From positions 192,001 through 256,000 of the IMG/VR virus record IMGVR_UViG_3300031088_000008: DNA of 64,000 nucleotides. One strand, written 5' to 3'. This DNA comes from a virus. Taxonomy: Duplodnaviria > Caudoviricetes. A program made the translations under genes and the position numbers. Below are positions 47,257 through 57,174 of this stretch, one piece after another (position 1 is the first letter of the stretch; each line of letters starts with the position of its first letter). The notes below the pieces were generated by a model, which was not told where the DNA came from, did not search any database, and saw only the letters and a list, made by a program, of their open reading frames with translations.

Positions 47257-47733
47257 ATGATGAAGACACTCTGGCTATACCGACCCCTATTGAACACCAG
47301 CGATGTGGTGCAGTGGGCCTATGAGACTGGGATCAAGAAGATCATGCCAGTCCATGAGCTGCACTTGACACTGGCAACCTGTCGAGAACCCGTTGACTGG
47401 AGTGGCATCACCCTTCAGACCAATCAGCTGGTTATCCCCGAAGGTTACAAGACCATTCAGATCTTCGGCTACATCGCGAAAGCTATCAGCTTCGGCCATC
47501 CCGCAGTCAAGGAACGCCACGAGGCGCTCGCAGCACTCCTGCCCACGATGGATCATTCAAACATCCTACGGCCCCACGTCACGCTGATGCGTGGTGGAAA
47601 GATGCCCCGCGAGGGCTATCCCGGCAAGCTGGTCTTTGGTCCTGAGGTACTCGAGGAGTTCAACGAAACTGCGGTGAAGAATATCAAGCACGTTCTGGTC
47701 AAGGACTTGATGCCCGAGGAACCCACTGAATAA
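47257..47733 (+). CDS. acb1: Acb1-like 2H phosphoesterase (putative anti-CBASS nuclease)
   Basis: Two HxT motifs (LHLTLA, PHVTL) with TLW.YR.LLN...W...G and R.PVDW context; C-terminal L.FGPE. Confidence 0.75.
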   Translation: MMKTLWLYRPLLNTSDVVQWAYETGIKKIMPVHELHLTLATCREPVDWSGITLQTNQLVIPEGYKTIQIFGYIAKAISFGHPAVKERHEALAALLPTMDHSNILRPHVTLMRGGKMPREGYPGKLVFGPEVLEEFNETAVKNIKHVLVKDLMPEEPTE

Positions 47734-47793
47734 TCTGGTTGCCCTGTGAGTTCCTGGTGTTAATTCCAGGACAACAGATGCAGGAGACAGGCA

Positions 47794-48396
47794 GTGATTG
47801 ACCAGGAACAGATCGAACTAGTCCGCAAGATGTGCAAGCGTCCGGCAAGTGGTTCGCCCATCGTGATCGGCATCTGGGGCGATGATCGGACGTCCACCGT
47901 GGAGTCGATCATGGGCCCCGACATCAAGTATCGGATGCTGGGTGCCAAGGCCCTGGACGCGATCAACGACAAGGAGATCACCGTCCTGGTCGACTTCTGG
48001 CCCGAGCATGAAACGGAATGGACGCGCCACTTCGATCAGCTTCGCTTCCGCAACCAGATCATCATCATGCTCGACCCTGGTCAGCCCTATGGCGAGCGTT
48101 TTCTCTCGCGCATCGCGCTGGTCGGCGAGCGTGAGCCCAAGCCAACCCCGCCGGTCAACTTCCGCAAGTCGCTCAACGCCTATACGTCGATGCAGACCAA
48201 TCACCGTGATGCGCGGAACTTTGTCCTGGACATTGAGGCAAAGTACGACCTGGAACCTCGCAGCACTTTCAGCGGTGGTGGTCTGGAGAGCGTGACGTTT
48301 TACAAGGCCGATGGTGAAAAGGATAACCGCTTTATCGTTTGCTTTCTCTTCCAAGATGCTGCACAGGTCGATATCCTCTTTGGAGAGCTAGTGTGA
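47794..48396 (+). CDS. Hypothetical protein
   Basis: Promoter plus AGGAG. Confidence 0.7.
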   Translation: MIDQEQIELVRKMCKRPASGSPIVIGIWGDDRTSTVESIMGPDIKYRMLGAKALDAINDKEITVLVDFWPEHETEWTRHFDQLRFRNQIIIMLDPGQPYGERFLSRIALVGEREPKPTPPVNFRKSLNAYTSMQTNHRDARNFVLDIEAKYDLEPRSTFSGGGLESVTFYKADGEKDNRFIVCFLFQDAAQVDILFGELV

Positions 48397-48818
48397 TCGA
48401 GGCAACGGCCAGGGCAATATTCGACAAGCTCAGCGAGGGTACGCCCAAACGTACCCCTGACTGGGACAAACAGCCCGAGCATCTAAAGGATGTCTTCCGT
48501 CGAAAGGTCGTGGCCGGCAATCGGTGGTACCACTATGGCGCCAACCTCGCTTTCATTGTCCGTGGCGACCTGACACTGGCAACCTACACGCCCTTTACCG
48601 AGCGCCTGGCCATGAAGCAGTTCAATGGTCCGCCTCCCGCTCCTCGCTTTGGTGCCCAGATCCAACTCGACAAAGAGATCGCGGTCGCCCGCAAGGAAGC
48701 CCATGAGGCCGAGGAAAAGGTAAAGCTCAATCCTGGTTCGCTGGGTCATCAACAGATGGCGCAGGTGTCTCAGGACAAACTGGCAGAACTCCTGCATAGA
48801 AAGGAACTGATATCGTGA
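48393..48818 (+). CDS. Hypothetical protein
   Basis: GTGA overlap. Confidence 0.65.
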   Translation: MIEATARAIFDKLSEGTPKRTPDWDKQPEHLKDVFRRKVVAGNRWYHYGANLAFIVRGDLTLATYTPFTERLAMKQFNGPPPAPRFGAQIQLDKEIAVARKEAHEAEEKVKLNPGSLGHQQMAQVSQDKLAELLHRKELIS

Positions 48819-49000
48819 CCCGTGCAACCAAGCTGGACTTCAGTGCCAACGAGGAAGCGGAATTCCTAAAGGAAACTGGCTTTCAAAAGCTGGAGGGCAA
48901 GGGTGTCCTGGCAATCATCGACCTGATCCTGATCAAGCGGGTTGCCCGTATGCGTGAAGACGAGGAGCATCGTCGCTGGGAAGCACAGGGCGGCTATTAA
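48815..49000 (+). CDS. Small hypothetical protein
   Basis: GTGA overlap. Confidence 0.55.
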   Translation: MTRATKLDFSANEEAEFLKETGFQKLEGKGVLAIIDLILIKRVARMREDEEHRRWEAQGGY

Positions 49001-49059
49001 ACTGGTTGACAGCTTCCACTCTTGGCTCCATAGTTGGACACACACAACGGGAGGTAGCA

Positions 49060-49410
49060 GTGGCATCAACGGCAACATATTCGTGCAAGCGGTGCCAGCA
49101 GCCTTTTACGGCTAGGACGGCAGATCGCGCACGTGGATGGGCACAGTTTTGCAGCAAGTCCTGCAAGGCCATCAAACAGGTTCAGAGCGGCGGCGCATCA
49201 GGCCCCGGTCACGTGGGTAACAGCAAGCCCAGCAAAAAGTATCCGCGCCACGATGGTCGTTCGCCCATGAAGTACAAGTTCTGCGATACGTGTGGCGAGC
49301 CCGCGATCAATGGCGCGATCGGGGCCGGTGGTATCGAATGGTATTGCCAGCGACATGAGCATGAGGCTCGTACTCATCCCTTCTCCAGTGAGGCACACGG
49401 GCAGTGGTAG
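49060..49410 (+). CDS. Zinc-binding hypothetical protein
   Basis: CKRC...RGWAQFCSKSCKA; CDTC. Confidence 0.7.
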   Translation: MASTATYSCKRCQQPFTARTADRARGWAQFCSKSCKAIKQVQSGGASGPGHVGNSKPSKKYPRHDGRSPMKYKFCDTCGEPAINGAIGAGGIEWYCQRHEHEARTHPFSSEAHGQW

Positions 49411-49709
49411 ACAACCTGTTTCCCAAAACGCCCCACAAGTGGCGTGCTAGTCAGATGGGTTACGATCCATCGAGCTATTGCGACCACTGTGGTGCCAACA
49501 ATTACGCAAGTTTTGGCACTGAGTATTGCGAAGACTATGTTCAGGCCAAGCTGGAAGAAGAGCAGAAGAAAACTCACACTCATCCACCAACCGAGGCAGC
49601 TTTCGCCAAGGCCAGGACGCTTTTGACGGAAGAGGAGTGGAAGCTTCTTGGTCTCGACCGCTATCCAAACGGTCGTGAGTACCGTCCCAAGGATTATATT
49701 CGGGTATGA
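49404..49709 (+). CDS. Hypothetical protein
   Basis: CDHC motif. Confidence 0.65.
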   Translation: MVDNLFPKTPHKWRASQMGYDPSSYCDHCGANNYASFGTEYCEDYVQAKLEEEQKKTHTHPPTEAAFAKARTLLTEEEWKLLGLDRYPNGREYRPKDYIRV

Positions 49710-49826
49710 CACATGATCACTGGATTGGCGTCATAATAGGATTGGGAGGTTTTCTCTTGATCCTCGTCCTAATCGTGCTATTCACACCAAGTGGAAAAGC
49801 CCCAGGGGGCTGGTAGGAGATCGAAC

Positions 49827-50522
49827 GTGGCAAAACTATCGGAAGATGAACTCAACAAGATTCGGCAGGATGTCAAGAACATTGCCCTGGGCATCGCAGT
49901 GCAGATGACTCCCGAGGAAGAGGAAGCTGCCCATCAGAATCGGATGACTCCGGCGGGCGGTGAGGAGGCCGAATATGCGATGGATCGTTTTGCCATCGCA
50001 CAGGACAGCTTGTTCGCCAATCATCCCATGTTCAGCAATCCAGTCTCGATCTATCGACAGGCGCTGACCACCTATCCCATCGTGCCCACGTATGGTTCGG
50101 GATCAATCAGCTTCGACGGCGACAAGATCTACGTATCGCCCGAGTGGTATTCGGAACGTCCGCTCGAGGAACTCAAGTTCACGACCGCCTGGATGGCCTT
50201 TCTGATCGCACGTGGTCATCACAAGACCGGGCAGGATCGAAAGGACGAGGAGGGCTTTTCCTTTTATCACTGGAACACGGCCGCCAATCTCCTGATCAAT
50301 CGCGTGATGGTCGACGCCAAGACGGGAACTCTGCCGCAGGTCGGTGTCTTCCTCACCGGCATCGGCAACGAACTCAACGCCGAGACGACCATCGAGGAAG
50401 TCTACGAGCTGATTCGTGAAAAGTCGGAGCGTGAGCTGAACAAGCTGTTCTGGCCGCTGTTGGCTGGCAAGTGGATCGACTACGATGAACTCGACGTTCT
50501 GGATGTGGACTTTCCCGAATGA
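49827..50522 (+). CDS. DUF2201-like metallopeptidase-fold protein lacking HExxH
   Basis: FDG..IYV.P.W...ELKF...H...R...WNTAANLLIN pattern. Confidence 0.5.
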   Translation: MAKLSEDELNKIRQDVKNIALGIAVQMTPEEEEAAHQNRMTPAGGEEAEYAMDRFAIAQDSLFANHPMFSNPVSIYRQALTTYPIVPTYGSGSISFDGDKIYVSPEWYSERPLEELKFTTAWMAFLIARGHHKTGQDRKDEEGFSFYHWNTAANLLINRVMVDAKTGTLPQVGVFLTGIGNELNAETTIEEVYELIREKSERELNKLFWPLLAGKWIDYDELDVLDVDFPE

Positions 50523-51538
50523 GCACAATCGTTTCCGGAGTTCAGACCACCGGCTCACTGCATCTGGGAAACTACCTAGGTGCAGTGAAAAACTGGGTTG
50601 AACTTGCTCGGCAGGGTCATACCAGTTACCTGATGCTGGCCGACCTCCACGCCATCACGGTCTATCAGAAGCCCTCGGACCTCGCAGCCAGTGTGAAGAA
50701 CATCGCACGACTGCTGATGGCCTGTGGTCTGGCCGATGATGATCTGATGTGGCCCAACGGCTCCACGTATCTGTTCCGTCAGTCATCGGTTTCCCAGCAC
50801 ACCGAACTTCAGTGGCTTCTAATGGGCACAGCACGAATGGGCTGGCTCAACAGGATGACGCAGTTCAAGGACAAGGGTGGAGCAGGCACCAGCGTGAGCG
50901 CCGGGCTGTTCGCATACCCAGTGCTTCAGGCCGCTGATATTCTGCTCTACGGTGCTGATCTGGTGCCCGTTGGTGATGATCAGAGCCAGCACTTGCAACT
51001 GACACGGGACATTGCCGAAAAGTTCAACGCGGACTTTGGTCAGACGTTCAAGCTGCCTCAGGCTCTGGTTCCGCCGATCAACGCGCGGGTGATGAGCCTT
51101 CAGGATCCAATGAAGAAGATGAGCAAGAGCGAGCCCAATGATAGCTCGCGCATCAACCTTCTGGACACCGACGTGATGATCAGCAAAAAGTACCGAGCAG
51201 CGGTCGCCGACAGCGTCACAACTCTGCCCAGCGAACCTGAGGGGCTTGAGGGCCGGGTAGCGGTGGGCAATCTCGTGTCGCTTCTTGCGGGCATTCAAGA
51301 CCGGAAGGTCGAGGAAGTCCTGCGGGATCTGGGCGGAAAGGGCAACGGAGCTCTCAAGTCGGCACTGACTGACGCGACGATCTCGCTTCTGGAACCCATC
51401 AAGGAAGCATTCTCGCAGCTGAGCGATCGTCAGGTCGAGGATCATCTGGAGTTCTCGACCAGTTCCTTTGGTGGACCTAGACTGGTTGCCCTAGACACCA
51501 TGAACAATGTAAAAGCAGCAATGGGATTGTGGGACTGA
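50519..51538 (+). CDS. trpS: Tryptophanyl-tRNA synthetase
   Basis: SGVQTTGSLHLGNYLGA (HIGH), ADLHAIT, YPVLQAADIL, VPVGDDQ.QH, KMSKS. Confidence 0.95.
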   Translation: MSTIVSGVQTTGSLHLGNYLGAVKNWVELARQGHTSYLMLADLHAITVYQKPSDLAASVKNIARLLMACGLADDDLMWPNGSTYLFRQSSVSQHTELQWLLMGTARMGWLNRMTQFKDKGGAGTSVSAGLFAYPVLQAADILLYGADLVPVGDDQSQHLQLTRDIAEKFNADFGQTFKLPQALVPPINARVMSLQDPMKKMSKSEPNDSSRINLLDTDVMISKKYRAAVADSVTTLPSEPEGLEGRVAVGNLVSLLAGIQDRKVEEVLRDLGGKGNGALKSALTDATISLLEPIKEAFSQLSDRQVEDHLEFSTSSFGGPRLVALDTMNNVKAAMGLWD

Positions 51539-51539
51539 T

Positions 51540-51896
51540 ATGGCAGACGGATACACAGACGAAAACATCGCCTCCAAGGTGGAGATGACCCAGTTCCGCT
51601 GGGGCATGAGCGCACTGATCGTGGGCATCGTGACGGTCCTGGGCTGTCTCACATTCTCCTGTGCCGACAGTCGGATGAAGGATGCGGATCAGAAGCGAGC
51701 CGACACTCAGATCACCGCTGGTCAAAAGGTGGAGTGCGTGAAGGCCGGTGGCTCGTGGATTCCCGTTCAGGGTGTGAAGATGAGCAACGGTGCGCCCTAT
51801 CCTGACTACGATATGGGTTGCGTCAGCCAGAGCGCCCAGGGGGCGATCATCGCGCAGAACTCCAAAGTCATCGAAACATTCAAGCCCAAAGATTAA
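51540..51896 (+). CDS. Membrane-anchored protein
   Basis: One TM segment; CVKAGGSW. Confidence 0.65.
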   Translation: MADGYTDENIASKVEMTQFRWGMSALIVGIVTVLGCLTFSCADSRMKDADQKRADTQITAGQKVECVKAGGSWIPVQGVKMSNGAPYPDYDMGCVSQSAQGAIIAQNSKVIETFKPKD

Positions 51897-51964
51897 CTCC
51901 TTTGTGGTTGCAACTCTGGACAACCCTGCTAGTGTCTCTTTATAGGAACTAGCAGGAGTTTGGC

Positions 51965-52189
51965 ATGCGGTACGTTGCATACACCACCGAGGGAATGTTC
52001 GAAGAGCGCGACAGCAAAGAGGGCGCTCTCAAGGTCTGCAAGCATGAGTTCGTCAATGAACCGGGCTGCATCATCTATCTTCTCGAAATCAACGCTCGCG
52101 ACCTGGTGGAAAACACCTGGATCCTGACCGACGTTGACACGCTGGTCATGGACAGCACGTTCAACGGTGACGACGTCGATTCGCTGTAA
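51965..52189 (+). CDS. Hypothetical protein
   Basis: Promoter plus AGGAG. Confidence 0.65.
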   Translation: MRYVAYTTEGMFEERDSKEGALKVCKHEFVNEPGCIIYLLEINARDLVENTWILTDVDTLVMDSTFNGDDVDSL

Positions 52190-52251
52190 AAAGTGGTTGC
52201 AGGCTCCTGTTCTGGTGTTAGGAACAGGAGCAACAACTAGGGAGATCGAGC

Positions 52252-52752
52252 ATGGCGTTGAAGCCGGAAACTATCGCGAGGATCCAAGGCATCCTTGATG
52301 GCACAATCAAGGTAGAACCCGCTCCGCCGCCCGATCTTTCCAAGCTGAGTGAAGGAACTCGAGCCCGCATTCAGGAGATACTCGACAGGCCACGTGAGCC
52401 TGCTGCCGCTCCCCTCACATCCATCGAGGAAACTGACGTGACAGACGAACAACCAGACGCAGGTTCGCTCCGCGATGCCGACAGTCTGATGGAAATGCTC
52501 GACGATCGCGGGTATGGCGACTACAGGGCGTTCCGAAATGAGATTGCCCTAGACATTTACGACAAGGGTCACTACTCGGGTCACGACACGGCGCACTTCA
52601 ACCCCGAAGAGTATGACGAAACGTCCACGCTACAGGGCTTCTACGTGATCCAGGAAGATCACTACGACCAGCACATGGACGACGATCCCGACAAGCCCTC
52701 CTGGGAAAGCATGGTAGCTGAAGTGCCCAACGGTTATCTCTGGATGAATTAA
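52252..52752 (+). CDS. Acidic hypothetical protein
   Basis: Short duplicated T.ARIQ.ILD N-terminus; Asp/Glu-rich C-terminus. Confidence 0.65.
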   Translation: MALKPETIARIQGILDGTIKVEPAPPPDLSKLSEGTRARIQEILDRPREPAAAPLTSIEETDVTDEQPDAGSLRDADSLMEMLDDRGYGDYRAFRNEIALDIYDKGHYSGHDTAHFNPEEYDETSTLQGFYVIQEDHYDQHMDDDPDKPSWESMVAEVPNGYLWMN

Positions 52753-52814
52753 CTGGTTGACGCGCACCTGTGTGGTGCTATTCCTGGTTTATCGGAACAA
52801 AAAGGAGATCGAGC

Positions 52815-53390
52815 GTGGGCTACAAGATGAAAGCACCCAAGTCCTTCAAGGCACTTCGCGAGCAGTCGGACACTCGGAAGGAAGCGCGTCGCCAGATGGG
52901 CGCGCTCTCGCGTCGGATGGATGGCCTTCGACAGAGCTTTGAGAGCGTTGAGGATCTTCGCGCAGCCAAGGCGGTCGCAGAGTCCACCCCAGCGCATTCC
53001 TATTACGATCTCCCCTCGCGGAGCGATCAGGCCGGCGACGCGATCGTCGAGGCGATGAATCGCGCAAGGGCTCGCGACAATGAGCGCCACAAGGTCAACG
53101 GCTACACGCTGCCCAAGTATATGAGCCAGGCATACGTGGACAACCTGGAGACCAACAAGGCCGAACTCGAGGGCAAGGGCGAAAAAGGCCAGCGTTGCAA
53201 TCGGACGGCCTGCCAGGCTCCTGGTGCGTACTGGTTCAACCACAGCACTCGGAAGTATTACTGCGGCACGTGCGCTGACATCATCAACGATGACAGCACC
53301 AAGTTCCGCGACACGTATCTGGAGTCCCTGGGGCATCCACTCCTCACGATCGACCCCGACTTCGCCGACAAAATAAACGAGCGGATGTGA
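52815..53390 (+). CDS. Zinc-finger hypothetical protein
   Basis: CNRTAC...YYCGTCA. Confidence 0.7.
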   Translation: MGYKMKAPKSFKALREQSDTRKEARRQMGALSRRMDGLRQSFESVEDLRAAKAVAESTPAHSYYDLPSRSDQAGDAIVEAMNRARARDNERHKVNGYTLPKYMSQAYVDNLETNKAELEGKGEKGQRCNRTACQAPGAYWFNHSTRKYYCGTCADIINDDSTKFRDTYLESLGHPLLTIDPDFADKINERM

Positions 53391-53671
53391 AAACTCTGGT
53401 TGCAAACACTCTGGATACTGCTATCCAGATGTGGTGCGCAGGCGTTGCGCTGGGTGGTCCGCTGATCACCCTCGCAGCGGCCCTTCTTTGTTTTGCACCG
53501 GGAGATTATCTGATGGGCATCGTTGTCGTGATCGCACTTGCGAGTTTCTTCTTTGGGCTTTACATTGCTCCAAAGATGGTCATGAAGCGGCTGCTCTCCA
53601 GGCTCCGTACGCGCACGTTCTACCACAAGCTGGATGACGGACGCTTTCTGATCGAGGAAGTCAGAGGGTAA
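53387..53671 (+). CDS. Membrane protein
   Basis: Two TM segments. Confidence 0.6.
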   Translation: MKTLVANTLDTAIQMWCAGVALGGPLITLAAALLCFAPGDYLMGIVVVIALASFFFGLYIAPKMVMKRLLSRLRTRTFYHKLDDGRFLIEEVRG

Positions 53672-53673
53672 TA

Positions 53674-54039
53674 GTGAGCGTAAGGTTTGGTCATCGGTGC
53701 AAGAACTTCTTCACTACCCTGAGTTTCGGGGCGGTGAGGGAGGACGTCATGCTGATTGTTCGCCTGCTGGAAATAAACAAGGATTGGCAAAAGACCCAAT
53801 ACGTCTGGTATCATCCCAGCGGCGTGTCGCTCTGGGTCGCAAATCTGAACATTGGTATCTCGGTCAAGTGGAATACCAATAGTCTGCAGGACTACCATGC
53901 CATCTATCAGGCAGGAAAGTGGCGCCTCAATCGGCCAGAGGTCCGGCTTGTCAAGCGGGCAATGACAGAGCATCATGTCAGCGAGGATGAGCAAAAGGTT
54001 CGCGACGTGGCGGCCAAGATCCTAAAAATGTACGGCTAG
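53674..54039 (+). CDS. Hypothetical protein
   Basis: ORF in operon. Confidence 0.6.
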   Translation: MSVRFGHRCKNFFTTLSFGAVREDVMLIVRLLEINKDWQKTQYVWYHPSGVSLWVANLNIGISVKWNTNSLQDYHAIYQAGKWRLNRPEVRLVKRAMTEHHVSEDEQKVRDVAAKILKMYG

Positions 54040-54107
54040 ACATCCTGAGTGGTTGACTGCCAGGATTGGGCTGCTAAATCCTGGTGTAACGGTAACGGAG
54101 ACACTAG

Positions 54108-54620
54108 ATGAAACTTTTCCTCGCAGCAATGGCACTCTCGATGGCACCCCTGGTCGCAAGCGCGCAGGACATCACTGGCGTCAAAGAGGTCTCCGATGTT
54201 TCCATTCTTCGAGCCGGCCAGTTTTACTGGAGCGACGATGCAATGGTCGATGGCGCCGTTTACGTTCGGGTAAATCTCGCCACGCAGATGGCGCAAGTCT
54301 ATCGCGGCGATATGCTGATCGGACTGTCCACGATCTCGTCGGGAAAGCCGGGCAAGGAAACGCCCACTGGGGTGTTCAACATCCTGCAAAAGGCGGCCAC
54401 GCATCGGAGCAACAAATACGCCAACGCTCCCATGCCATTCATGCAGCGGCTGACCTGGGACGGCATCGCCCTTCACGCAGGACACCTTCCCGGCTATCCT
54501 GCAAGCCACGGCTGCATCCGCTTGCCCAAGGCGTTTGCGGCACTTCTCTTCGCTGCCACGCAAAAGGGTGATCGCGTGGAGGTGGTCGACGATGAGCCCT
54601 ACATCGAAGGCATCTACTAA
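54108..54620 (+). CDS. Secreted L,D-transpeptidase (YkuD family)
   Basis: Signal peptide; ISSGKPGKETPTGVF; IALHAG..PGYPASHGCIRL catalytic motif. Confidence 0.92.
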   Translation: MKLFLAAMALSMAPLVASAQDITGVKEVSDVSILRAGQFYWSDDAMVDGAVYVRVNLATQMAQVYRGDMLIGLSTISSGKPGKETPTGVFNILQKAATHRSNKYANAPMPFMQRLTWDGIALHAGHLPGYPASHGCIRLPKAFAALLFAATQKGDRVEVVDDEPYIEGIY

Positions 54621-54677
54621 ACTGGTTGACACTGGGGGCGTTGGTGCTAACTCTGGTGTAACAGCAGGAGACACTAA

Positions 54678-54953
54678 GTGATCATCAACGCAAACCTTCA
54701 TAGCAAGGTAGACGCAATCGTTTCTCGCGTTCGTCAGCTTGGTCAGCACTCGCGACCAGTGCTCAGCAGCACTGATACGTGGGAATACTGCGGGATCAGG
54801 GTTATGGTAAGCGATGGTGGCTACAGTCAAAAGCTGGTCACCGACAAGGTGAATGTTTGGGTCGAGCATGGCTCCGGCAACAGCGGCTGGTCACTTGGTG
54901 GTCCACAGCAGATCGATCGTCTCCTCTATGAACTGGGGATCGCAGCACAATGA
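54678..54953 (+). CDS. Hypothetical protein
   Basis: Promoter plus AGGAG. Confidence 0.65.
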   Translation: MIINANLHSKVDAIVSRVRQLGQHSRPVLSSTDTWEYCGIRVMVSDGGYSQKLVTDKVNVWVEHGSGNSGWSLGGPQQIDRLLYELGIAAQ

Positions 54954-55147
54954 GCGCGGACATAATCTATCGCAACTATGCGATCCGCTACATAAAGCGA
55001 TCGGATACCTGGGCGGTTCTGGAGCCACACAGCGATATCCTGATCAAGTGTGGCGGGTTCGCCCACTCCGAGGACGCGGCCAAGTTCATCGACGCGGATA
55101 TCGAGCGTATCCGCCTTGCCAATGAGGACGAAGGAGAATACGATTGA
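54950..55147 (+). CDS. Hypothetical protein
   Basis: ATGA overlap. Confidence 0.6.
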   Translation: MSADIIYRNYAIRYIKRSDTWAVLEPHSDILIKCGGFAHSEDAAKFIDADIERIRLANEDEGEYD

Positions 55148-55286
55148 TTCGCTCAGTTCGTTACCTGATCGGCCTCACCGCTATTCTAGCAGCCGAGACC
55201 TCGGCGGGCACGCCAACCATTCACACAGGGTCGGAAATCTGCATTGTGATCGGTGATCAATTCTCCTGCACGAAGGAACGTTTTTG

Positions 55287-55586
55287 ATGGCACATGCCAG
55301 CAACATTGTGCTCTGCACTGGTCCCGAGGACCCATACGCGCTGTTCAACATATCACTGGTACCACGCAATGGTGCCCTGGATGCTAGGTGCCCAGTGTGT
55401 CATGGCCACGGTCAATGGAACGCGGAAATCGACCTCGTGAGCATGAGAAGCAAGCGGGCAATCTGCGACAACTGCTATGGTGCAGGCTGGGTCGAGACGG
55501 GCAACGATGCCAGGGCAGTCCCCGACATTGTAATGACTCCCGAGGGCTACCCCAAGTGGATTATCCGCTACATTCCCTGCAGGTAG
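55287..55586 (+). CDS. DnaJ-type zinc-finger protein
   Basis: CPVCHGHG and CDNCYGAG. Confidence 0.7.
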   Translation: MAHASNIVLCTGPEDPYALFNISLVPRNGALDARCPVCHGHGQWNAEIDLVSMRSKRAICDNCYGAGWVETGNDARAVPDIVMTPEGYPKWIIRYIPCR

Positions 55587-55650
55587 ATATTGACGCACAG
55601 GAACTAGGCGCTATGGTGTCCAGTACCAATAGTTGGTCTAGGAGTTTTAT

Positions 55651-55812
55651 ATGAAGAAGATTGTTCTCGTCGCTGGTCTGGTTTCGGCTCTCGCACTCGC
55701 AGCTTGCGATGGTCGCGATGACGCGGTCACCAACAACTCGACCTCGACGACCCAGGTTCTGGACAACGGCACGGTCGCCACGACCAACACCACGACGACC
55801 GCCAAGCACTAA
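55651..55812 (+). CDS. Small lipoprotein
   Basis: MKKIVLVAGLVSALALAAC lipobox; AGGAG RBS. Confidence 0.7.
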   Translation: MKKIVLVAGLVSALALAACDGRDDAVTNNSTSTTQVLDNGTVATTNTTTTAKH

Positions 55813-55902
55813 GAGAAACTGGCGCGAGGGTAAAACTTCGCGCCATTTCTTTGGTTGATTTCCATGTCCAGAGTGCTAACTGGGGTGGGAAGGAGATCGA
55901 CC

Positions 55903-56232
55903 GTGGATAAGAACGTCATCAATATCAAGGGCGTCTCGTGGGCCAAACTGCCCGCCAAGGACAAACTGTTCATCATCAATCACGAGGTTCTCCATCGCGT
56001 CTGGTACAACACCAAGGCCGCAGAGATGGGCGAAGAACTCCAGCCGCTTCCAACCAACCATGTTCTCCTGATGGAGCCCGGCGAGCGGCAGATCGAACTT
56101 TCTCGCGCACTGGACAACTACCTGGCCCGCATGGCCGATCAGGAAGCGGTCTTTGAACTGATGGAGCGCGCCGACTGGTCCATGGAAGCAATGGTCGACA
56201 CCCTGGCCCGATATCAGTTGATGCGAGGCTAA
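55903..56232 (+). CDS. Hypothetical protein with HExxH
   Basis: FIINHEVLH. Confidence 0.6.
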   Translation: MDKNVINIKGVSWAKLPAKDKLFIINHEVLHRVWYNTKAAEMGEELQPLPTNHVLLMEPGERQIELSRALDNYLARMADQEAVFELMERADWSMEAMVDTLARYQLMRG

Positions 56233-56524
56233 AAAGCGGTTGATCTCCTCACCAGTTCTGCTAGGACTGGTACATCGGAAACGAGGAGATTGAACGTGAA
56301 GAAGATGCTGCAGACTCGGTCGCGCAATTCCAGCAACGAAGCTGATTGGCGGAACGAAAAAGTCTTCAAGTTCAACAAGTTCAACGAGCTCAGCGACGGG
56401 GGCGAAAAGTTCCTGAGGTCGATTGATCGTGATCGCCACGAGATTCGGTGGGTGGCCGCATAAAGCGGTTGCCCTACCAAACTCTGGTGTTAGATCCAGA
56501 ACATCGGCAACGAGGAGATCTAGA

Positions 56525-56986
56525 ATGGCACACGGCGGAACGTTCAGCAACATGGCAGCTTTTCGTAAGTTCGCTCTGGCGGGCAACGCCGTGTTCACTG
56601 TGGTCAGCAAGCGGACGGGAACTCGCTTCACCTATCGGGTGCGAAAGCCCCGCGCAGAGGGCGCCAAGAACCCATATTTCGTCCAGCTTCTCAACGGCCC
56701 CGACAACACCAACAGCTACGCCTATTTTGGCATCATGTTCGGCAAGGGCGCTGATACGGACTTTGCCAGCTATCGTTACGGCGGGGCCAAGGCCAAAGTT
56801 TCCCAGACGGCTCCCAGTGTTCAGGGGCTCGAATGGCTGTTCAGCAACATCATGAACGAGAAGGTGCTGGAGCGCGTTGAGATCTGGCACCAGGGAAAGT
56901 GCGGAAAGTGCCGCAAGGCATTGACTGTGCCGGAAAGCATTGCTAGCGGGTTGGGACCAGTTTGTGCAAAGGGTGGTCGAGACTAA
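56525..56986 (+). CDS. DUF6011-like zinc-finger protein
   Basis: CGKCRKALTVPESIASGLGPVC. Confidence 0.7.
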   Translation: MAHGGTFSNMAAFRKFALAGNAVFTVVSKRTGTRFTYRVRKPRAEGAKNPYFVQLLNGPDNTNSYAYFGIMFGKGADTDFASYRYGGAKAKVSQTAPSVQGLEWLFSNIMNEKVLERVEIWHQGKCGKCRKALTVPESIASGLGPVCAKGGRD

Positions 56987-57174
56987 TGGCAACGAGTACT
57001 GCGGCATTCATCGTCGGCCAGCTGGAGCCTGAGGGCGGCTGGTGGACTTCCGCCACGCAAGAGATCCTGCTGGAAATCTCCGATGACATGCTGGCTGGTG
57101 GCGCTGACCCCGAGGATATCAGGGACGTGCTGAGCCGCCTGATCTCGGCCATCCGTGCTGAGTATGGTGAGTGA
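56986..57174 (+). CDS. Hypothetical protein
   Basis: TAATG overlap. Confidence 0.6.
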   Translation: MATSTAAFIVGQLEPEGGWWTSATQEILLEISDDMLAGGADPEDIRDVLSRLISAIRAEYGE

